In this document: piece by piece, positions 38,165 through 47,609 of the stretch
Position numbering within the stretch: position 1 is the stretch's first letter
How the letters are laid out: each line of letters opens with the position of its first letter
Source: Anaerolineae bacterium
Lineage (GTDB): Bacteria > Chloroflexota > Anaerolineae > UBA1429
Length of the DNA: 64,000 bases
Reading direction: 5' to 3'
Assembly: GCA_963675785.1 (NCBI GenBank)
Contig: OY776562.1
Coordinates: 2,528,001-2,592,000 of the forward strand
Notes under the pieces: generated by a model
Databases searched by the model: none
The model's input: only the letters and a program-made list of their open reading frames with translations
Told to the model about the DNA's origin: nothing
Position numbers and translations under genes: made by a program

Positions 38165-39444
38165 GAGGCAGCGATCTTGGTTTCCAACCGCGACAGGCGA
38201 TGGCTCAGCTCTTGCAGTGTAAGCCGAGAGGCCTGTGTCATCGGTCGGCGTGCGCTTACCATGCACAGGGCCTCCTGGGTCAAGCTGTGGGCCTGGGCCA
38301 AATCGCGATAATCCAGCTGGTGTTCGTAAATCTTGGCCAGTTCCACATAAGGTTCCACCAGCCCCTGGCCAAGCTGATTGCGCCACACGGCCATGGCCAT
38401 GTCATAACGCGCCCGCCTGTCTGTCTCTTTGCTGCCACGCGCCCAACGCTTGAGCATCAACCCCAGTCTCTCTGAAGCTTCGCCAGACACCGCCGGTCCG
38501 CCTTGCTGAATGGTTCCCTCGTACATGGCCATGGCCCGCTCGAACCAAACCTCCTCAACCTCGTCGGTAGAGCAAGCTTGGAAAGCACGCCCTTCAAACA
38601 GCCGCCCCAAAGACAAACATTCGGCGGGATCCTGGGCAGCCTGCGGCGCCTGCAAACTGAGCAGCTGTTCGGTGCGAGCTGTCAGTGTTACCAACGAGAG
38701 AATGTCCAGTTCATTATGATAAAAGACACCCTCCAAGGGCACAATTTCTCCCGCCCGCAAGTACTCGTCATAGATCTCGGGGACCAAATAACCAGGGATA
38801 TCGATGCCCTTACGTACCACACCCAGCCTGTTATTCTCGATGGAGCCCAGGGAACAGGATGGGAGCGCGTTGCGCCAAAAGCGCCGCGAAAGGGTCAGCA
38901 GGTCGAGATGCGGCTGAGGGTTCAATTGCGGCCGTGCACCCAGACGCACATAGCGGTCGCACAGCAGGGGCCAGTCAAAACTTCGCCCGTTAAAGGTCAC
39001 CAACCCGTTGAGTTCAGCCAGGCTGCTGTTGAGCAGCGAAAGCATGGCCTCTTCATCAGGCGGATCGGGCACAAAGAACTGCTGTAGCACAAAACGATCG
39101 CCTCGGAAAAAGCCCAGCCCCACCAAAAAGGCCATAGCGTTACGCAAGCCAGTGGTTTCCAGATCCAAATAGGCCACGCGCGCCGGATCAAAGGCGCCTG
39201 AACCATAGGCAAAAGGCTCCACTTGCCCTTCATAGGCCTGCAAGGCAAAAGCCAGCGGTGTATCCCCATGCACATGGCCAGGGTCATAGACGCGCTCACG
39301 CACCAGGCAGCGCATCCCTTGCAACTCGGTGATATCACCCCCCACCAGGCTTTGCAGATCACCCAATCGGGCAGGCCCGAGGTTTCGCGATCGCCCCGAG
39401 CTACGGCCCAGGGTTAGGCGTAAATGTCGATCAAGGCTATCCAA
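38146..39444 (-). CDS. YprB/MrfB-like RNase H-like (DEDD) exonuclease with C-terminal TPR-like region
   Basis: 'YLDLETTGL','VTFNGRSFDWP','HLDLL','HNELDILSL'. Confidence 0.85.
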   Translation of the reverse strand: MDSLDRHLRLTLGRSSGRSRNLGPARLGDLQSLVGGDITELQGMRCLVRERVYDPGHVHGDTPLAFALQAYEGQVEPFAYGSGAFDPARVAYLDLETTGLRNAMAFLVGLGFFRGDRFVLQQFFVPDPPDEEAMLSLLNSSLAELNGLVTFNGRSFDWPLLCDRYVRLGARPQLNPQPHLDLLTLSRRFWRNALPSCSLGSIENNRLGVVRKGIDIPGYLVPEIYDEYLRAGEIVPLEGVFYHNELDILSLVTLTARTEQLLSLQAPQAAQDPAECLSLGRLFEGRAFQACSTDEVEEVWFERAMAMYEGTIQQGGPAVSGEASERLGLMLKRWARGSKETDRRARYDMAMAVWRNQLGQGLVEPYVELAKIYEHQLDYRDLAQAHSLTQEALCMVSARRPMTQASRLTLQELSHRLSRLETKIAASQAERM

Positions 39445-39477
39445 GGGTATCGTTTCTCCATCAGGTATAGTGAGATC

Positions 39478-39503
39478 ATTATACCATCACAGAACAAATG
39501 TTC
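39478..39503 (-). promoter_or_regulatory. Extended -10 promoter with adjacent LexA (SOS) box
   Basis: TGGTATAAT on minus strand (39478-39486); GAAC-AAAT-GTTC at 39492-39503. Confidence 0.7.
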
Positions 39504-39552
39504 ACATAAAGACAAGGCGGCTGCATGACGCAACCGCCTTGATTGTACTAGT

Positions 39553-41745
39553 TCAGCCCATATAAACCTGGCCATCGAACAAAGGCCGAGTCCAATCCTG
39601 TCCTTTGATGATCTCGCGGCCATACTGTACCCAGCCGACCTCCAGCCGCAGCCGAGGGTGCTCAAAGCCGTAGAAAAAGTGAATGCGGATGCGTTTGCCA
39701 CGTACCTGCGTCAGAAATACCGCATAGGGCCCCATGGGGGAATGCACTACCTTGAGCGGGGTGATGTTCTCAAAAGCGGCAGCACATTCTTCCCGCTCCA
39801 AATAGTCCATTAGGGCGGGCAAGTGCTCTGCTGCATCCTGAGCTCGAATGGGATCGATCTCGATAACTTCGGGCTCATTCCAGGCGGGCAGGCCCTCTGC
39901 CGAGCCGCCGCAGGTGGATTCCACCCAAATGGGCGAAGACCAGATCATCTCGCCGTCCTCTTGCTCGATGCGCAGGTAATAGTAACTGGCGCCCGTCGGC
40001 GGGCAGTCGACGATCTCGGTGCCAAAGCTTAGCTCGCCCGGCTCCCAACGCGCCAGTCGCTGCGTATCGCGAATCAAATCCACACGCTCTAGGGGCGCAG
40101 TACCCTCGATAGCAATCTTGAGTGCCACCTCATGGTCAACTGAAAGTTCGCCGCCCATGAATACGCCATTCGCACTGAAATCTACCAAAGCCCGGGCGCC
40201 AGTGGTAGCATAGACCCTCCGTTGAGAAAAAGCCTCCCATAGCGCCTCGCGGGTCAGTTCCTTGGCGCATACCCCCAAGATGGGTCCACCATACCAGCCC
40301 GCATCACGGCGGCGCAACAACCCGAAAAAGCGGCCTCCCTCGCTGCTAACTATGCGAGGATGCCCCGGCGTGGCCTTGTGGCCATCCGAGCCACCGATAA
40401 AGCCCACGCGATAACCCTTTTGCAGATAGGCCTGGCCAAACCACTCAAAATTGCCATGCCCAGAGGTCATCTCACACAAATGCTCTACTTTATCGTCGTG
40501 GCAGGTAGGGAAGGCAATCGCACCGCCCACATGGGGCGTTACCATGCCTTGCTGTCGAGCCATCTGTGCAAAGACTTGATCGATCTTCCAAGTGGGGTCA
40601 GGTGTGGGCGCATCCAACTCGCGCCAAATGAGGTTGCGGTCACCGCCGATCTGCTCGCCATCGCGCCATTCACAGCCCAAAAAGGAAACAAAGCGACCCG
40701 GCGCATCCACGGCCTGAGCCGCCTGACGGGCTAACTCCCACCATTTATATACAGCCTGCGGTGCTTGCCTAAAGATATGCGAGCCCATGGACATGAAATC
40801 AAGGCGGGTCACATCGCGTCCATATTCAAAGGCCCCCCGAGGATGGGTACCCTCGTTGAGCACATTGATCTCTGAACCATCATAGCCGTGGCAGTGAAAC
40901 TCGCCCCAGTACACGTTCCACTCGTTCTCGCCTACCTTGATGGGGTTGCTGATCGCGCGAATGCCGCGTTCCTCATCCACCAGCTCTAGCCGGGCTACAC
41001 CAGAACGCTCTACAGAGGCTGTGGCGTGCAGGCCTTTGCCGACCGCCTGAAAGGTATCGCCAGTCGCGGCCAGCTTGATAGGGTGATCCACATCAATGGC
41101 GTTACCGTTGATATCCACCGGCAGGGCCGTTACCTCAAATGTCTCACCAAGCTGCGCGTTGGACGGCGCAAAGAAATAGTAACTGTGCACGGGCTGACAG
41201 GGCACCACACGCACCGTCATCGTGGCATTGGGCACGGGACGATAACGCTTATCGCCAGGCAAAGCCACACCCACCTCGATATGGGCGGCATCATAGCGGG
41301 CCGGCTGTACCTGACAACCCGTACCGCCAAAGCGCTGGTCGCCCATACGCATCACAATGATCTCGCCAGGTCGCCAATCTCGCGGCAGGGTCACAATGGC
41401 TGGCGTCGCCGCCTTGAACACTGTCTCGCATTCAAAGGGCAAAGGCTCTCCCGCACCCTCTTCTACCGTCACATAGCCCATTGATTCCGGCCAATAATCC
41501 TGATGAATCCAGTCAAAGCGAAACTCGTTCTCCATTTTGGTAAAGGCCACACGTGAACCAGCAGGCAACATTTCATCGGGTGAAAAACGGATCACCCAGG
41601 TGCCCACGCGGCCCGCCTCGACGGTGATCGAGGAAGCAGGGAGTACATCCTCAGCAAGGTTGGCTTCAAAGGCAATGGTCGCCGTACCAGGAAAAGTGTA
41701 AAAAGGCACATCCAAACGATTCGACGTCGGTTCTTTTCTATCCAT
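39553..41745 (-). CDS. DUF3604-like PHP-fold metallohydrolase
   Basis: 'SNPI','YWGEFHCHG','GCEW','PHVGG','GGSDGH','YYYLRIEQEDG...WSSPIW'. Confidence 0.75.
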   Translation of the reverse strand: MDRKEPTSNRLDVPFYTFPGTATIAFEANLAEDVLPASSITVEAGRVGTWVIRFSPDEMLPAGSRVAFTKMENEFRFDWIHQDYWPESMGYVTVEEGAGEPLPFECETVFKAATPAIVTLPRDWRPGEIIVMRMGDQRFGGTGCQVQPARYDAAHIEVGVALPGDKRYRPVPNATMTVRVVPCQPVHSYYFFAPSNAQLGETFEVTALPVDINGNAIDVDHPIKLAATGDTFQAVGKGLHATASVERSGVARLELVDEERGIRAISNPIKVGENEWNVYWGEFHCHGYDGSEINVLNEGTHPRGAFEYGRDVTRLDFMSMGSHIFRQAPQAVYKWWELARQAAQAVDAPGRFVSFLGCEWRDGEQIGGDRNLIWRELDAPTPDPTWKIDQVFAQMARQQGMVTPHVGGAIAFPTCHDDKVEHLCEMTSGHGNFEWFGQAYLQKGYRVGFIGGSDGHKATPGHPRIVSSEGGRFFGLLRRRDAGWYGGPILGVCAKELTREALWEAFSQRRVYATTGARALVDFSANGVFMGGELSVDHEVALKIAIEGTAPLERVDLIRDTQRLARWEPGELSFGTEIVDCPPTGASYYYLRIEQEDGEMIWSSPIWVESTCGGSAEGLPAWNEPEVIEIDPIRAQDAAEHLPALMDYLEREECAAAFENITPLKVVHSPMGPYAVFLTQVRGKRIRIHFFYGFEHPRLRLEVGWVQYGREIIKGQDWTRPLFDGQVYMG

Positions 41746-41766
41746 CAGAGCACCTCCAAGGCAAAA

Positions 41767-43137
41767 TCAGTAGCCAGCATTCACATAGTTGGGATCGGCG
41801 TTGGGGCCGTGGCCCAGTTCGGCCAGGCGCGCGCGGAATCCTGTCACAGCTTTGGCATAAGCGGGATCATCGATCAAGTTGTATGTCTCCCCCGGATCAG
41901 CTTCCAGGTCAAATAGCACCTCGGGCATCTCTTTTCCATAGTACTGGTACTTGAGCGCATCCTGCTTGATCATGTAGTTGGCCGTACCGAACTGCGAGAG
42001 CGCTTCATTGCTCCAATGGCTGGTGTCTCCCTGCATCAACGGCACCAGGCTGCGACTATCCAGCCCTTCGGGAATCGGAATGCCTGCTAGGTCGCAGAGG
42101 GTAGCAAAGAGATCAAGAGTGCTGACGTTCTCGTTCACCACATGACCGCCGTCAAACATGGCGGGGTAGCGAATGATGAGCGGCACACGAGCGCTGCCCT
42201 CAAAGAACTTTTGCTTTTCCCAAATACCGTGTTCACCAAGCATCTCACCATGGTCGCTGGTATAAACGATAATCCAATCGTCCAAATCCTGACCGGCAAA
42301 CTCCAAAGCCGCCATCACCTCACCATAGATTTCATCGATACGATCCACCATGCCGTAATAGGCAGCCACAGCACGACGAATCTCGCGCTCACTGGCATCG
42401 ATACCGGGTCTCACCTGACGTTGCGAAAGGAAGGGGTGCTCGAAAACCCGTTGGTTGGCAAAGGGCTGAACTCTGTTGAGGTAATACTGAAAACGTTCCT
42501 CATCGGTGAGATAGGGATAATGAGGCTGAGTGAGACCGAGCCGCAACAAAAGGGGGCGTTCGGGATTCTCGCGGTCATAATAAGTATTTAGCATCTGCCA
42601 TTCGATATAATCGATGGCACCCTGTAAGGCATAATCGTCCCACTTGTGGGTATGGCAATAGCCTACACCAGCTCGCTTGATCTCTTTGGCATCCGACCAT
42701 TTGATACCAAGCAACGACTTGGCATAGTGCGCCCATTCTTCTTGGACTTTGTCTTCGACATACTGATCATGGGTCATATTGTCAGCACCAATGCGTCGTG
42801 CCCAACCTGCCATGAGATCGGGTCCCTGGTGCATCAGACGTCCACAAGCTACCGTTTCATAGGCATAGCGCGTAAACTGGCGTGCCATGGTCATATGGCC
42901 TGGCTCAATATCCTTCCAACCCTCGCAATCACAGGTTTTGGGCATTTGTCCGGCATTGATGCACACCATGGTAGGCACAGTAATGGGCGACGGTGTATAG
43001 GCATGGTTGAACAACACACCCGTCTCGGCCAGTTTATCGAGGTTGGGTGTACGCACTACCTCGTTACCAGCAAAACCCGCCACCGTTGGTCGATGTTCAT
43101 CGCTCATCAAAAACAGGATATTAGGTCTCTTTTTCAC
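41767..43137 (-). CDS. Sulfatase-like (choline-sulfatase-type) hydrolase with atypical active-site motif
   Basis: 'PNILFLMSDEH','RTPNLD','PHYPY','YTSDHGEMLG','LFDLEADPGE'; signature reads TVPTM rather than (C/S)xPxR. Confidence 0.85.
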   Translation of the reverse strand: MKKRPNILFLMSDEHRPTVAGFAGNEVVRTPNLDKLAETGVLFNHAYTPSPITVPTMVCINAGQMPKTCDCEGWKDIEPGHMTMARQFTRYAYETVACGRLMHQGPDLMAGWARRIGADNMTHDQYVEDKVQEEWAHYAKSLLGIKWSDAKEIKRAGVGYCHTHKWDDYALQGAIDYIEWQMLNTYYDRENPERPLLLRLGLTQPHYPYLTDEERFQYYLNRVQPFANQRVFEHPFLSQRQVRPGIDASEREIRRAVAAYYGMVDRIDEIYGEVMAALEFAGQDLDDWIIVYTSDHGEMLGEHGIWEKQKFFEGSARVPLIIRYPAMFDGGHVVNENVSTLDLFATLCDLAGIPIPEGLDSRSLVPLMQGDTSHWSNEALSQFGTANYMIKQDALKYQYYGKEMPEVLFDLEADPGETYNLIDDPAYAKAVTGFRARLAELGHGPNADPNYVNAGY

Positions 43138-43189
43138 GACAGTTTCCCCCTCATCGGCTAAAAAGCCTACTGACCTAGCGAGACTAGAC

Positions 43190-43228
43190 GAAAAAAAAGG
43201 CACTGTCCAGTCAGACAGCGCCTTTTTT
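43190..43228 (-). terminator. Intrinsic terminator-like hairpin
   Basis: A8-GGCACTGTC...GACAGCGCC-T6. Confidence 0.7.
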
Positions 43229-43242
43229 CGTACCACCAAGCC

Positions 43243-44640
43243 CTACTTTTTCTCGGGTGGTTTTTCATCCTTGAAACGGAAATGTACACGCTCTGCGATT
43301 TTATCTGGGATGGGCAAGGGTTCATCGCCAGTGGGCATATCCGGGTAATCCGGCATACCAATGTTTTGCACCAAGTCCTCAATTGTGATGAGCTGCCCTG
43401 TAGCCATGGATTTGTTAGCCGCAATACCCGTCAAGATAGACCAAGCGCCAGAGCGCTGATCAGCAGCGCGCTTGTATTTGTCACCCGACTCACCAGGATG
43501 GAATACATCAGAAAGCATCACTACATCGCCACCACCGTGGCCACCTTTGCCCTCCCACACCTCGACTGGGATCGGTGAACCAAAGTGCGGGTAGATGGTG
43601 ATGGTTGTACCATCTTCTTTGAGCTCGCCCGGCACAGAACCATCGCCACTGATATAAACCGTCTCGCGGCAACGATGCTCTAAACGCCCCTTGGAGCCAT
43701 TAAAGACAATATAGTAACCTTCCCAGGGCAAAAACGTGTTCAGAGAATAGCTCATCTTGCAGCCACTCTCGTAATTGACGATGACATTCATATTGTCTTC
43801 GATATTGATCTTGTCCGAAAAGACGCATTGGTCACGATAGTAGCCGTCGTACTCTTCATTATCGAGGTACAGCTCCTTGAGCTTGTCGTTCTCTGCCAGG
43901 TCAAGGCGAAATGGGCACTTGGTCTCGGGGCAAGTATGACAGCGCTCGGTACGATTTACCAGGCCGTAACGGTCAGCCGTCGAAGGTGTGTAGAACTTGC
44001 GATGGCCAGAAGCGAAAACTGACTCAGGCACTGAAGAAAGCCACCAGTTCACCAGATCAAAGTGGTGTGTGGCCTTGTGGACCATCAAACCGCCCGAATT
44101 AGCCTTGTCGCGGTGCCAGCGTCGGAAATAGTCGGCGCCGTGGGAAGTGTCGAGCATCCAGTGAAAGTCTACCGAAAGAACCTCGCCGATGACACCGGAC
44201 ATGAGCAGATCCTTGACCTGGGTCCGCGGTGGAGAGTAGCGATAGTTAAAAGTAACCAGGCACTGCTTACCCGTGCGCTTTTGGGCATCAAGAATGGCCG
44301 CGCACTTTTTGTCATCGGTAGTCATGGGTTTTTCAGTGATCACGTCGCAGCCGGCTTCCATAGCACGAATGATGTATTCGTCGTGGAAGCAGTCCTTGGT
44401 CGTCACAATGACGACATCCGGTTTGCGCTCGGCAATCATATCTTCAAAGTGCTTTTCATCATAGGCAACGACATCGCAACCATTCTCGATCGCCCAATCA
44501 TAGCGAAGCTTGAGGCGACCTTCATTCATATCACAAAGCCCGACAAGCTCACACGTGTCGGCAAATGTCTCTACAATCGCCGTCGAGTACATCCATGATC
44601 TACTTCCCAGACCAACCTGTGCAAAGCGCTTCTTTGTCAT
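43243..44640 (-). CDS. Gfo/Idh/MocA-family oxidoreductase (YteT-like)
   Basis: 'TEKPM','TFNYRY','HGADYFRRWHR','HKATHHFDL','GHGGGD'. Confidence 0.88.
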   Translation of the reverse strand: MTKKRFAQVGLGSRSWMYSTAIVETFADTCELVGLCDMNEGRLKLRYDWAIENGCDVVAYDEKHFEDMIAERKPDVVIVTTKDCFHDEYIIRAMEAGCDVITEKPMTTDDKKCAAILDAQKRTGKQCLVTFNYRYSPPRTQVKDLLMSGVIGEVLSVDFHWMLDTSHGADYFRRWHRDKANSGGLMVHKATHHFDLVNWWLSSVPESVFASGHRKFYTPSTADRYGLVNRTERCHTCPETKCPFRLDLAENDKLKELYLDNEEYDGYYRDQCVFSDKINIEDNMNVIVNYESGCKMSYSLNTFLPWEGYYIVFNGSKGRLEHRCRETVYISGDGSVPGELKEDGTTITIYPHFGSPIPVEVWEGKGGHGGGDVVMLSDVFHPGESGDKYKRAADQRSGAWSILTGIAANKSMATGQLITIEDLVQNIGMPDYPDMPTGDEPLPIPDKIAERVHFRFKDEKPPEKK

Positions 44641-44731
44641 CGTTTCACCTTTCTACGAAATCACAAGAGCGATAAACGGTTATGCCGTCATCTGAGCGTA
44701 TGCTACTTGACTGCTAAAACTTGTGCAAGTG

Positions 44732-46474
44732 CTATGACTCACTTTGTCTGGCCAACCACAAGGGGTAAGGCTCATCTCGTTCGTAAAGCCAACATGCATA
44801 CAAGAATCGGTACACGTCGTGAACGTAAAACTGAGGACAAGGTTTATTCGGCAGTGCCTGCATGAGGCTAGTAAGCACCCTTTCGGCCATGTTCTCATCC
44901 AGGCCTTTAGAAACCTCATAATCAAAGTAAATAGCCAAATCCCGTCGGGATTCATTAACAACGCGAGTAATGCCATATTGTTCGGGCTGTTCATAAGCAG
45001 GCGAGTATTTTTCCAGGGAAAAGGTGCCGATACCTGCCGAATGAATAGAGTCCTGATGGGCGTACAAAAAATTAACCGTCTCCTGAGCCTCATCCATCGT
45101 TTCCGTGGGAAAGCCAAAGAAAAAGAAAACGTGGTTCCACAATCCGGCCTGGGCTCCGTCGCGCAGTACGCGGCTCATCGTATCAATAGAGGTTCCCTTG
45201 ACCATGTGCGCAGACACGCGAGGTGAAGCCGATTCCAAACCGTAAAAAAGCATGCGGCAGCCGCCCTGCACCATCTTTTGCAGTAACTCGGGACTGAATG
45301 TTTTGTCCAACCGGGCGCAGGTTGCATAGTGCACAGGTGAACCCAATTCAGTCAACAAACCTGACATGTGTCGAAAATTCCGCGGTGTGATGGCCTCGTC
45401 ACCAAAGATGACATGGCGCACACCGTATTTCTCCTTGACGCCAACAAGCTGTTGAACCACACGCTCTGGTGAAAGCTGGCTAAAGCGGTTTTCTTCTCCA
45501 TAACCCACATTACAAAAGGCACACTTGCCATGGTAGCAGCCTCGTGCTGTCATCAGAGGTAACACAGGTTCCGGTGCCAGATATAGTTCGAGAGGCAATC
45601 CAGCAAAGTCTGGATCGGGCAAGTCCATCATCGGGATAGGCGCAATATACGCTGTCTGCAGCACGCGCTCGTTATCTTTGTACAACAAGTTCGGTACTAT
45701 AGAAAAATCGGGGGTGTCTTTCTCTAGTTGCTCCGCCAAAATTCGGAGTGGCTCCTCACCCTCAAACACTACGGCCGAATCAAAAACGTCCAAAATCTCG
45801 GGCACCAGCATGATCTGCTCCCGCAGCATAGTGATATGCGGTCCACCGACTGTGATATGCCCCTTGTAATCATGCTTTTTGAGGAGCGCGGCAACGGTCA
45901 ATCCGGCCAAAAACTGGGCCTGTGTGGGGATCGAAATGCCGACAAGCTCTGGGTCATCGGCCATGATGCTGGCCACAAGCCCATCTTCAAAAAGGCCATA
46001 GAAGAAGTTCTCAGAAGGGGAACGGACTAAACGCATCAGATCATCGCTCACCTCTTCGGCACCCCCAGCTTGAAAGCTCGAATAATCAAGCCTCGATGGT
46101 GCATAGGGTAACGAGGCAAGTTCCAAAGCATCCATCAGCGTAGCAAATGCCTCGGCCCCAGTCGCACCTTCATAAAAGGCGTCGCTTCGCATGACCCCTT
46201 TGGCACGCTCTACCTGCGCAATAAGACGCGCCGCATTGTCTCTTACCCAAACTACAGGTGTACTGTCAGGTGCAAGATGACGAAAACGACGCTTGAAGGC
46301 TCTTTCAGCTCGCTGCAGATAACGCCTAGATAGCATTTTATCCATGCACTCGACATTGAGATCGCGCTGCGTCACCTGATGCCCATGCAATTGGAGATAT
46401 GCCTTGAGTACAGGTGTTGCCAGATGCGGCATCGCGGGCGTCCAGCTAGGGGGAAATAACAAGGTGATTCTCAT
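44732..46474 (-). CDS. B12-binding-domain radical SAM protein
   Basis: Start at ATG behind GAGGT; 'ITVGGPH','FEGEEP','RGCYHGKCAFC','FGDE','GLES','GFPTET'. Confidence 0.88.
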   Translation of the reverse strand: MRITLLFPPSWTPAMPHLATPVLKAYLQLHGHQVTQRDLNVECMDKMLSRRYLQRAERAFKRRFRHLAPDSTPVVWVRDNAARLIAQVERAKGVMRSDAFYEGATGAEAFATLMDALELASLPYAPSRLDYSSFQAGGAEEVSDDLMRLVRSPSENFFYGLFEDGLVASIMADDPELVGISIPTQAQFLAGLTVAALLKKHDYKGHITVGGPHITMLREQIMLVPEILDVFDSAVVFEGEEPLRILAEQLEKDTPDFSIVPNLLYKDNERVLQTAYIAPIPMMDLPDPDFAGLPLELYLAPEPVLPLMTARGCYHGKCAFCNVGYGEENRFSQLSPERVVQQLVGVKEKYGVRHVIFGDEAITPRNFRHMSGLLTELGSPVHYATCARLDKTFSPELLQKMVQGGCRMLFYGLESASPRVSAHMVKGTSIDTMSRVLRDGAQAGLWNHVFFFFGFPTETMDEAQETVNFLYAHQDSIHSAGIGTFSLEKYSPAYEQPEQYGITRVVNESRRDLAIYFDYEVSKGLDENMAERVLTSLMQALPNKPCPQFYVHDVYRFLYACWLYERDEPYPLWLARQSES

Positions 46475-46503
46475 CAACAACCTCGTACTAGGTATCCAAA
46501 AGA

Positions 46504-46537
46504 ACACTGGGAGGCGGCTCTCGCCTCCTCCCAGTGT
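46504..46537 (-). terminator. Hairpin after oppD-like gene
   Basis: ACACTGGGAGG/CCTCCCAGTGT stem followed on minus by TCTTT. Confidence 0.7.
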
Positions 46538-46559
46538 ACACTGTAAATGTATCTTTTGG

Positions 46560-47582
46560 CTACCGATACAGATGGCAACGAGCGTAATGCGCATCGCCAA
46601 CTTTGACGTCCGGCGGGTCCTGTGTATCGCACAGACCCGGCATGAACTCTCGACAGCGCGGATAGAACGGGCATCCAGTCGGGATATTGTACGGATCAGG
46701 CACAGTACCTTTGATCGACTCGAGTCGCTCACGGCTCTTCATGCCCACACGTGGAATTGAGCGAAGCAATGCCTGGGTATACGGATGTTTGGCATCGTAA
46801 AAGATTTGATCCGTTGTGCCAGACTCGACAACCTTACCCAAGTACATGACGATAACATCGCGTGTCATCTGAGCCACAACACCCAGGTTATGGGTGATGA
46901 ACATGATGGCCATACCAAGATCATCCTGAAGCGACCGCATCAGCGTGAGGATCTGCGCTTCTGTAGTCACATCCAAAGCCGTGGTCGGCTCATCCGCGAT
47001 CAGCAAGGCCGGCTCGCAGCACAACCCCATAGCGATAACGCCACGCTGGCGCATACCACCCGAGAGTTCGTGCGGGTAACGATCTACCGTTCGAGAAGGA
47101 TCAGGCATGCCCACTTTATGAAGCATGTCGATAGTGATCTCGCGGGCCTCTTGCTTGTTGACATCTTGATGCAGCAAGATGGATTCCATGATCTGGGAAC
47201 CAATGGTGTGCACCGGGCTCAGCGAAGTCATGGGCTCTTGAAAGACCATGCCAATCTCACCACCGCGGATGGCACGCATCTCGGGACCTTTTTCGTCCAT
47301 CTCGGTCAGTTCGAGCACTTCTTTTTGCTCGGTTCCATCAGGGCCCTTCGAATAGCGATGATATCGAATTGAACCCTCGGTAATGCGCCCGGGCCGGGCC
47401 ACAATGCGCATTACCGAACGAGCCGTCACCGATTTGCCACAACCGCTTTCTCCTACCACGCCCAAGGTCTGGCCGCGGTAAAGAGTAAAGCTGGCATCTT
47501 CAACTGCGTGGACGGTACCCTCGTCCAAGAAAAACTGTGTATAGAGGTTCTTAACCTCAAGCAGCAGCTCTCTATCTGCCAT
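46560..47582 (-). CDS. Opp/Dpp-family ABC ATPase (OppD-like)
   Basis: 'GESGCGKS','FQEPMTSL','[12 protein letters not shown]','DEPTTALD'. Confidence 0.93.
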   Translation of the reverse strand: MADRELLLEVKNLYTQFFLDEGTVHAVEDASFTLYRGQTLGVVGESGCGKSVTARSVMRIVARPGRITEGSIRYHRYSKGPDGTEQKEVLELTEMDEKGPEMRAIRGGEIGMVFQEPMTSLSPVHTIGSQIMESILLHQDVNKQEAREITIDMLHKVGMPDPSRTVDRYPHELSGGMRQRGVIAMGLCCEPALLIADEPTTALDVTTEAQILTLMRSLQDDLGMAIMFITHNLGVVAQMTRDVIVMYLGKVVESGTTDQIFYDAKHPYTQALLRSIPRVGMKSRERLESIKGTVPDPYNIPTGCPFYPRCREFMPGLCDTQDPPDVKVGDAHYARCHLYR

Positions 47583-47609
47583 AGCTAGATACTCCCCTCG
47601 CTCTTACTA

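Noticed and set aside
46475-46732. Long N-terminal ORF extensions (radical SAM; likewise 12887-13057, 24234-24350, 31842-32108, 35032-35145, 43138-43239)
   Set aside because: They overlap neighbouring genes, terminators or promoters; downstream starts have better RBS or domain boundaries.
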